From Eledone cirrhosa (taxonomy: Eukaryota): a stretch of 64,000 nucleotides of DNA. A model generated the notes under the pieces. The model searched no databases and was not told the DNA's origin. It saw only the letters and a list, made by a program, of their open reading frames with translations. The DNA lies in the NCBI GenBank assembly GCA_964016885.1, contig OZ024749.1, forward strand, positions 35,216,001 to 35,280,000, in the 5' to 3' direction. Positions within the stretch are counted from its first letter, which is position 1. Each line of letters starts with the position of its first letter. Shown piece after piece: positions 54,886 to 64,000 of the stretch. Both the position numbers and the translations under genes were made by a program.

Positions 54886-54946
54886 GTGTGGGGGCATATT
54901 GTTTATATGCTTCATATTGTTATATATGCTGCATATTGTTTATATG

Positions 54947-55025
<79 letters not shown>

Positions 55026-55139
55026 GTATATGATCATAGCAGCTAATACATGTACACTGTTAGACTGTAGGTATGGTAGAATAACATGTACAACAATATA
55101 TACCTAACTTGAATACACAGCATTACATTCGAAAGAGAT

Positions 55140-55985
55140 GGAATCACTGTGTGAGGCTACTGTCCATCAAAAAGATGGTATCACTGTATGAGGCTACCCA
55201 AGATTGACCATAGATAAGGATAGGCATGAATACCGATTTGAAGATAACAAGTTTGACTTTTACACCTACCTCCCTTCTTCTGGTAATTGGGTCTTGAAGC
55301 TGGCACATTATTGCAACTGCTCCAGCAATTCTTGCATTTAATTCAGCCTCCTGGCCCCCCGACCACTCATAGAAACAACTCAAAGATACTTGAAATTCTC
55401 CACCTGCTTCAGTGTAACTTCACTTAAATGTAGAGTGTACTGCATAGGCTTACTTGAGAGGACGAGTGTCTCAGTCTTTGCAGTACTGACTTTTATTCCT
55501 GCATGCAGTACACAACAGCAAACCTATCCAGTGCATGTTAGAAATCACCTTCTGGTGAGTTAAGTAGTACTGTGGCTTCAAATTCCAGCTGACTGATCCT
55601 ACCCCTATTAGTTTTGATGTTACTTCCAATCTGGCTGAGCATGTCAATTTTGTTCATGAAGATTATGATCAGGAGAGGTGACAATATACACCTTTGGCTG
55701 AGTCTGAGACCCATATTGTATGGTTTTGATTTGGTTTGGCACCATTTATCTGAACACAAATACTAGGGCAATTGTATTGGGACTTCAAAGCAACAAGAAT
55801 CTGTCCACCAATCCCATACTCCTGCATAACCTTCCACGACAAGCCCTGTGGAATGTGGTGGTATGCCTTTTTGAGGTTCATGAAACAAGCATACACCTCT
55901 TGTCAATAATCCCACAATTACTCTTAGACTTGCTGCAGAGTGAATATTTGGCTATGTCAGGGGCAAAAAGCCCACTGTTCATCAG
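55140..55985 (-). mobile_element. Decayed RTE-clade reverse transcriptase fragment
   Basis: YACFMNLKKAYHHIP..LSWKVMQEYGI, Q.CILSPLL.IIFM and KVKLVIFKSVFMPILIYG motifs with frameshifts. Confidence 0.85.
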
Positions 55986-56232
55986 CTGGCTAGGACTTGA
56001 CAATATCCCTATATCATCATCATCATCATCATTGTCGTTTTAACATCCACTTTCCCTGCTAGCAAGGGTTGAACTTCGAATTTTCTAATTACATTCCATA
56101 TCTATTTTGTAGAATTGTAGCTCTATTTATGTTCTTTATCTACCTGTGCACCGTATCCCTCCCCACCCTCCCTGTTCCCCAAATTATTATATTTCCTGAC
56201 CTTCTCTTTGAGCTTTGATCTCATCTGAATCT

Positions 56233-56952
56233 CCTTGTCATCACGTATGTTCTCATGTACCTAGACTGTACTGTACTGTTTTCTAGATAAATCTAAATCT
56301 GGAGTCCCTTGTCATCACGTATGTTCCCATCTTCCTAGACTGTACTCTACTGTTCTCTAGATAAATCTAAATCTGGAGTCCCTTGTCATCACGTATGTTC
56401 CCATCTTCCTAGACTGTACTGTACTGTTCTCTAGATAAATCTAAATCTGGAGTCCCTTGTCATCACGTATGTTCCCATCTTCCTAGACTGTACTGTACTG
56501 TTCTCTAGATAAATCTAAATATGGAGTCCCTTGTCATCATGTATGTTCTCATGTACCTAGACTGTACTGTACTGTTCTCTAGATAAATCTAAATCTGGAG
56601 TCCCTTGTCATCACGTATGTTCCCATCTTCCTAGACAGTACTGTACTGTTCTCTAGATAAATCTAAATCTGGAGTCCCTTGTCATCACGTATGTTCTCAT
56701 GTACCTAGACTGTACTGTACTGTTCTCTAGATAAATATAAATCTGGAGTCCCTTGTCATCACGTATGTTCCCATCTTCCTAGACAGTACTGTACTGTTCT
56801 CTAGATAAATCTAAATCTGGAGTCCCTTGTCATCACGTATGTTCTCATGTACCTAGACTGTACTGTACTGTTCTCTAGATAAATATAAATCTGGAGTCCC
56901 TTGTCATCACGTATGTTCCCATCTTCCTAGACTGTACTGTTCTCCAGATAAA
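56233..56952. repeat. 74-bp minisatellite, ~9.7 copies
   Basis: Unit CCTTGTCATCACGTATGTTCCCATCTTCCTAGACTGTACTGTACTGTTCTCTAGATAAATCTAAATCTGGAGTC; two interleaved variants. Confidence 0.95.
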
Positions 56953-57324
56953 CTAAATAAACTCTTCACAAAGACATTTACCAAAATTATCTCCTCTATA
57001 AAAATCGTGTCTGTTGCTGTTTCAGTAACTTAATTTGGATCTTTATCAGGCAAAGTTGATTGATGCAAGTATGATTCAGCATCACTATACATACATACAT
57101 TACATACACATATGCATATATACGTACATACATGCATAAATATATATACACATATACATATACAAACATACATATATACCTACAAACATATATACATACA
57201 TACATGCATATATACATATATACGTACATACATATATGCATTTATACATACATAAATATATACATACATAGATGAATACATACATATATAGATAAATACA
57301 TATATACATAAATAAAATAAAAAA

Positions 57325-57892
57325 AAGTGCAGGGCAATAAAAATAGACGGTAGCCACGGAGTAGGCAGACCCAGAAAAACCTGGGACGACTTGATAAATT
57401 CCGACCTCACACACTTACACCTCTCCAAGACAATGTCCCTGGACCGAGATCTTTGGCGTTACGCAGTAATACAAAAGACCCGCCTTACCTAAGTACAAAG
57501 TGAAACCTACCACAGTCAGTAGGCACCTCTAACAAAAATACACCCCCGTCCCACTACCCCCACCCCATCCACACCACCCCTTTCAATGTAAAGTTATGTT
57601 GGTACCACAACATCCAGTCCGAAACAAATGAGGTCGTGTAGGTGTCACGACAAAAAAAACACACAGTCCACGCTGTAATGTGGCCATGTAGGTAACACGG
57701 TAAAAACCTCCCAGTCCACACTGTAAATGTGGTTGGTGTTAGGAAGGGCATCCAGCCGTAGAAAACCCGCCAGACAGTCCTATGCAAGCAAGACAACCAC
57801 TCTTGCCTCAAGTGGGAAAACTCCCGTCCAAACCCATGCAAGCGTGGAAGATGGACGTTAAACGATGATGATGATGATGATGATGATGATGA
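57325..57892 (+). mobile_element. RTE LINE 3' end with long 3' UTR
   Basis: RAIKIDGSHGVGRPRKTWDDLINSDLTHLHLSKTMSLDRDLWRYAVIQKTRLT*, then ~370-nt UTR and (GAT)n. Confidence 0.85.
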
Positions 57893-58513
57893 TACATACA
57901 TATGGTTGACTAAACATATGTGTTGTCTTCCTGTAAAAAACAAAAAAAAAAGAATTTCATTTCGTTTCCTCCTTTGTTTCTATTTTATGAAGGATTAACA
58001 TCCAAAATATTAAGACACTTTTCCTACTATATCAAGAGTTAAACTAATATATATATATCATCATTGTACTCTATCATTCTCCTGTGCTGTTTTTCCATAC
58101 ATATATACACAGTACACACTGTAAATGAGGTTGGCATTAGGAAGGGAATCCAGCTGTAGAAATCAAGCCTGAACCAGTTCTGTATGAGCAAGAGACAGTC
58201 ATCTGATCTGGTTTGTTTCACAACGGGACAACTCATTTAATCCATGCTAGCATGGAAAAATAGACATTAGATGATGATATCTATACAACATAAATAAATC
58301 AAGGGAAATATATATATATATATATATATATGTCTATATGTGTGTGTCTGTGTTTAAGTCCCATAACTTAGCAATTTGTAAAAAGAAAAAGTTCAATATG
58401 TACAAAACTTGAAAAAATAAGTACTGAGGTTGATATGATCGATTATAATCCCTTCAAGCCTATACAACAGAATGGCTGCCATCTAATTACTAAAATCAGC
58501 AATATATATATAT

Positions 58514-58843
58514 GGAGGCACATGGCTTAGTGGTTAGAGCATTGGTCTTGCAATCGAAAGGTTGTGAGTTCAATACTCAGACTGGGTGATGTGTTGTTTC
58601 CTTGAGCAAGACACTTTATTTCACATTGCTCCAGTTTACTCAGCTGTAGAAATGAGATGATAGGACTGGGGTCCCTATCATTCCACTGTAAAGTGGTCGT
58701 GGAGGTGCCACAGAAAAAAAGCACCCCATACTCACTGTAAATGAGGTTGGTGTTAGGAAGGGCATCCAGCTGTAGAAATCAAGCCAGAATCAGTTCCCGT
58801 CCCACCCTTGCAAGCAGGGAAAAGCGGACGTATGATGATGATG
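58514..58843 (+). mobile_element. Full-length SINE family B
   Basis: Matches the 22755 copy. Confidence 0.9.
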
Positions 58844-58984
58844 ATATATATATATGTAGATAAATCTACCAAATTATACGGTAGGGTCCAATCTGTATGA
58901 AGAACTCAATGTAATCCAAATATCATGAAAAGAGAAGATGCAATCAAAAATTTTCGATGAAAATCATAGGAAAACAGAGTCAAG

Positions 58985-59340
58985 ATAAATTAATAAAAAC
59001 AATGAAATAAAAACAAAGAACAAGTTCCTTATATTAAAAAAATTAATCATTTTACGATCGTTTCTAGGATGTATATGTGTGTTGGTATGTATATCATATA
59101 GATCTATGTAAAAATATTACAAACTATCAGAGGAAATATACATACCTTCACATATACATGCTGTCTTCAGAAATGATGATATCTGAAGACAGCATGTATA
59201 TCTGATAGTTTGTAATATTTTTACATAGATCTATATGATATACATACCAACACACATATACATCCTAGAAACGATCGTAAAATGATTAATTTTTTAATAT
59301 AAGGAACTTGTTCTTTGTTTTTATTTCATTGTTTTTATTA

Positions 59341-59346
<6 letters not shown>
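58985..59346. repeat. Long inverted repeat (58985-59170 / 59183-59346) of two divergent hammerhead copies
   Basis: Arms are complementary except a ~21-nt deletion in the right arm; the right end runs into (TA)n. Confidence 0.92.
59046..59177 (-). ncRNA. Type I hammerhead ribozyme with extended stem II
   Basis: ATCATTT CTGAAGA [~99-nt hairpin] GAAA CGATCG TA AAATGAT; perfect 7-bp stem I, palindromic stem III, GUA triplet. Confidence 0.8.
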
Positions 59347-59378
<32 letters not shown>

Positions 59379-59869
59379 TCTTGAGTCATATCTCTAAAGA
59401 AGGTTCATCATTTTGCCTTTTTCTGATGGTTAGAATATATGTGGCTTGCCACACACGCCCCCCCCCCCCCATACACATATATAGTTGAAGAAATAACACA
59501 AATACAGCAATGCAAAAACACAAAATTTCACTAGAATCACATTTAGGAGGAAGTAGAGGGGGTTTCAGACTTATATTTATACACATACAGACGCATACAC
59601 ACATATATATATTTATATATATTAATATACACATATACTCACGCACATGCACACACACACGTATGTATAACGAACATAGTATCTCAAGTGGTAAAAAGTG
59701 TATGTGATTGTAATAAGTTAATTAATGATTTAATAAAGCAAAAGAAGACTTAATATGAATAAATATTGAAACAAGAAGATTATCTATGTCTGTTTCTTCT
59801 CTCTCTATCTCCCTCTCTCCCTCTGTCTATCTATCTATCTGTCTGTCTATCTATGGATGTCCGTTTTCA

Positions 59870-59918
<49 letters not shown>

Positions 59919-60637
59919 GGGGAGGGGTGGTGGTGGTAGAGTTGTTACTGTGTGGAGTTTATTGAAGAATTTGAGGCAGGCTACTGGATACTGAAGCTGG
60001 TTCCAGAGGAATGGTGTTGTGAAATGGTTTAGAAACCAAAGTAAATAAACAAACATCATTGATCAACTACTTAGTGTTAGGTAAGATAATGGAGGAGGAG
60101 GAGGAGGAGGAGGAGGAGGAGGAGGAAGAGGGACGTGGTGGTGGTGGTGGGGGGGGGGGCATGATGAGGAGGGAGAAGAGTGTGGTTACTGTGGGAGGTG
60201 GAAGTGTTGTTGTTGATACCTTAAGTCAGAAGTTAATCTAAGAAAACATTAACAGAAGAAGAAGAAGAAGAAGAAGAAGAAGAAGAAGAAGAAGAAGAAG
60301 AAGAAGAAGAAGAAGACGAAGAAGAATAAGAAGGAAAAGAAGGAAAAGAAAAAGAAGAAAAAGAAGGAAAAGAAGTAAAAGAAAAAAAGGAAGAAGAAAG
60401 ACAGTAGAAAATAACACAACAACAACAAATAAAAATAACACTATAAGCAGTGGTGGGGAGGGGGTGCCCAATCAATAATTAATACAGTTGCCAGATTGCA
60501 ACCAAACTTATTTTTGCTCGTTAATTAATCTGATTGTTGTGAATTAACCCAATTAGCACCACTGATAGCAACACTAATGTTTACTTTACAACAAAACACT
60601 CAATTGTTGTGGTTATTATTATCATTATTATTATATA

Positions 60638-61260
60638 AGGGTCGGTGGATTGGCAGTGTTGGTAGAGGGTCGGACACCATGCTTTCTAGCATAGTTATGT
60701 CCCTTTACGATCTGAGTTCAAATCCCGCCGAGGTTGACTTTGCCTTTCATCCTTACGGGGTCGATAAAATAAAGTACCAGTAATGCACTGGGTATTTGTT
60801 GGCCTTGTGCCTAAAGTAGAAACAATTATTATTATATAAGGGTGGTGGATTGACAGTATTGGTAGATCGTTGGAGGCCATGCTTTGTGGCATAGAGTTAT
60901 GGCCTTTTATGTTCTGAGTTCAAATCCTGCCGAGGTTAGCTTTCCTTTTTCATCCTTATGGGGTTGATAAATAAAGTACCAGTAATGCACTTTCCCCACT
61001 CCTTCAAATTGTTGGCCTTGTGCCTATATAAGAAACCATTATTATTATTATGTAAGGGCACTGGATTGGTACTATCAGTAGAGCATCGGACAACATGCTT
61101 TGCAGCATAGAGTTACGGCCCTTTGCGTTCTGAGTTCAAATCTCGTCGAGGTTAACTTGGCCTTTCAACCTTATGGGGGTCGATAAAATAAAGTACCAGT
61201 AATGCACTGGGGTTCATTTAATTGACTTTCCCCTTCCCTTGCCTATAGTAGAAATCATTA
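60638..61260 (+). mobile_element. Head-to-tail stack of three SINE family A copies
   Basis: Heads at ~60638, 60839 and 61055, each preceded by ATTATTATTAT(A/G)TAAGGG. Confidence 0.9.
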
Positions 61261-61719
61261 TTATTATTTCTTTTGGTTTCAGTCCTTATACTGCAGCACC
61301 ATGTTCAAAGGATTTTAGTCAATCATATCAACCCCAGTACTTGCTATTGTTCAAGTTTAATACATATTTTATCAACCTCTTTTTGTTGAACCATTATGTT
61401 ATAGGATATAAACTCACATACATACTCACACTCCAATATTTGTGTATATAACAGGAAGTAATGATGATATATATATTAGTTCAAGGAGACAACAAACAGA
61501 GGTACAAAAAGTCTTACCAGTTTCATGCTTTATAATGGAAAGAGGAAAGAAAGTTTGACATGTACTTCAGGAGGTCAAAATAGAGACAGGATCACAATGG
61601 AAAAAACAGAAAAAAAGTCTAAGTAAAGACAAAAAAATTCTAAAAAAAAAATATAGTACTTTACTATTCTTTTGTGTGTTCCAGCTGACAGGCTGAGGCC
61701 ATTTTCTACAACCAGCCTT

Positions 61720-61883
61720 CTTAATCTGGCCACTGATATAAAAGTGAGTCTGTTCCTGCTGCACCTAATTTGCGCTTTGCCTTGTGCTGTAGGTTCATCA
61801 GGGATCTTGGTTAGTAGAATGTCGAGATGTTTCTTGAAAACATTTACACGCACACCATGTAGATCTCTCAGATTTTTTGGCAA
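61720..61883 (-). mobile_element. CR1-like LINE C-terminal fragment
   Basis: LPKNLRDLHGVRVNVFKKHLDILLTKIPDEPT; similar to the region downstream of 36114. Confidence 0.75.
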
Positions 61884-62472
61884 CTTATATACAGTTCAAA
61901 AATTTCAAAACGCCTCAAGAAGAGGCTGGAAGGTTGGGTAAAAAATTGAAATCTATATCTAATGCAATTCTATTAACTATATCTATAAGATCTATGAAGG
62001 CACCTAACTTAGAGTTACAGCGCTAGGCTCATAATCGTAAAGACATGAGTTTGAACTGAAATTATGGGCCAAAAAGTGGGAGGGGTTATATTATACACAA
62101 AGACGTGTTTTCAGAAATTTTTACTGAGCTTAAAAATACTTATTTTAAATGACCAGATTACAAATACACACAGTGGGCAAAATCATCCAGTTGTTTTATA
62201 ATCTTTAATGTTATGAGAAACTGAATATTGTAGTGAAATATATGTGTGAGATTTTGATGGATAACAGGGTACAAGTTTACAAAAGTATTTACATAGGCAT
62301 GACTGTAATCAGGGGTCACATTATATACAAGGATGAGATATATTCCTGTTTTTTAGCTTCAGAACAGCAGGTGTGTTATACTCAAGTCACATTATATACA
62401 AAGAAATAGTAATCAAAGATCAATATATAAAATAGAAAATATATATTTAAAAAAAAATCGAACTAAAAATAC

Positions 62473-63867
62473 CTGTAAATAATTGGTGAAATAATTCATA
62501 AATGGTAGTCACACATTTTATATCAGGTGTGATCTTCACAGTGGCTGTTATGAAAGCATTGCAGTTTTAATACAACAACAATAACAACAACATAGACAGG
62601 GAAAACCAATTGCTTGCCAAGATTATGTGATTGCTAAGGTAGACTCCCTAATGTATGTAACACATATCACCTACAGAAACAAATATATTCCCTAAGAAAG
62701 CTCACTCTATATTTTGTGAATTTACCCACAATGCTGTAGTCTCATGGGACTATGGCACTGTAGGTAATCATTGATATAATTTTTCAAAACCATCAATGTT
62801 GAATATCTCAGCTAAAACAATTTCAATAATATAAAAATGACCTGTTTAACCCTTTCAATAGCAACCCACCTGAGACCTCCCTTGATTCTATGATATAAAA
62901 TCTCTTATTTTACATTGTTTATAATCAAATTGTAACTTTCCATCATAATTTTATAAAACTTTTTGTTATGTTGCAAACACAAGTTTAATAATGAGAAAGT
63001 TAGCTAAATATATCTAAAACTTGGCTTTTAGATAAATATAAAATCTTTAAATTAACCATGATGGGTTTCAGGTGGTTTGGTATCAGAACTGTATTTTGAA
63101 ATCTTTAACACTTTTAATACCAAATGTCTCTTGGTTCTATGATACAAAGCTGTTTATTTCAAAGTGTTCATATTTATCTCAAAACCTTTCCTTACAATTA
63201 TATGTGAGAACCTTTATTAAGTTATGTTCCAAACACCAAATTAATAATGAATAAGTTATTTATATTACTAAGTACCTCTAGATTCTTGTTTATTAAAGAA
63301 ATTACTTGAAAATCATAGTTAGTGTTTTTCATTAGAAATATGGTGATGAAAGGGTGAGGGTGGTGCCCCAGCATGGCCACAATCTGATTACTTGTAGATT
63401 TTGTTTCAAATAGTGGATAATATCATTGACATATTTTCTAATAATTGGCCAGAAAAACTCATGTGGATAAGTGGAAATTAAAGAGATACAAACAAAATTC
63501 AACAGGGACAAGAATCTTAATGAAAAATATTTAAAAAGAAAATTTTGGAAATGGAAAGTTCCACAAATCTAATCTTAAGTAAAACAATTTTGTGGTTCTA
63601 TCATATTTACTCCAACAAATATATTCTTATTACTTTCCAAAACAGCATTAATAACAGCTAAAAAAATAATCAATTTCTCCAAGAAATAACTGAGATTGAT
63701 GGAATAGGTTAAAACCATTATCTCATATAAGAAAATAGTTTACAATGATAATGAAAGCTGAAAGTTATATTTTATCAGAAGCAGACATTAATAGAAAATA
63801 ATGGTTAAATATACTAACATAAATTATATGTTAGACCCACAAAATGTTGCAGTTTTAAATGAATGTC
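62473..63867 (-). CDS. Four phase-compatible candidate exons (63841-63867, 63611-63657, 62730-62811, 62473-62544), WD40-like
   Basis: All GT-AG; the joined frame reads GHSFKTATFSVINAVLESNKNIFVGLRYSTLMVLKNYINDYLQCHSPMRLQHSTVKITPDIKCVTTIYELFHQLFT(G). First and last residues depend on flanking exons. Confidence 0.4.
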
Positions 63868-64000
63868 CTGTACCAAATAAAACTACATTAGCAAGACATC
63901 ACCAAAAGTACAAAACAACACTTATGACTACATCATATTAGAAAGTCAACTCATTACACTAATACTGCATATTTTCATGATGATCTGTTCATTAGTAAAC

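Noticed and set aside
56233-56952. CRISPR-like appearance of the 74-bp array (also the 48- and 112-bp arrays)
   Set aside because: No unique spacers, no cas genes and a eukaryotic context.

Overview
AT-rich, microsatellite-saturated eukaryotic (metazoan) DNA. The tRNA-derived SINE families, RTE, R4/Dong and CR1 LINE remnants and (TA)n density look like an octopus/coleoid genome (inference). Most ORFs in the supplied track are translations of simple repeats. Supported content: (1) many copies of two tRNA-headed SINE families, one with a 3' tail identical to an RTE LINE end in the window; (2) RTE, R4/Dong-type RLE and CR1-like LINE fragments; (3) TTAA-flanked piggyBac-type MITEs and a mariner-type MITE; (4) several homogeneous minisatellites (39, 40/42, 48, 74, 112 bp); (5) hand-predicted, splice-phase-compatible minus-strand exons suggesting a diverged WD40-like gene spanning the window; (6) most notably, at least nine type I hammerhead-ribozyme-like motifs from several families. 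Several lie in divergent fold-back pairs abutting (TA)n, and one has an intact core and a ~100-nt extended stem II. This fits Penelope-like element termini or related non-autonomous ribozyme retroelements. No CRISPR, rRNA or genuine tRNA gene was seen.
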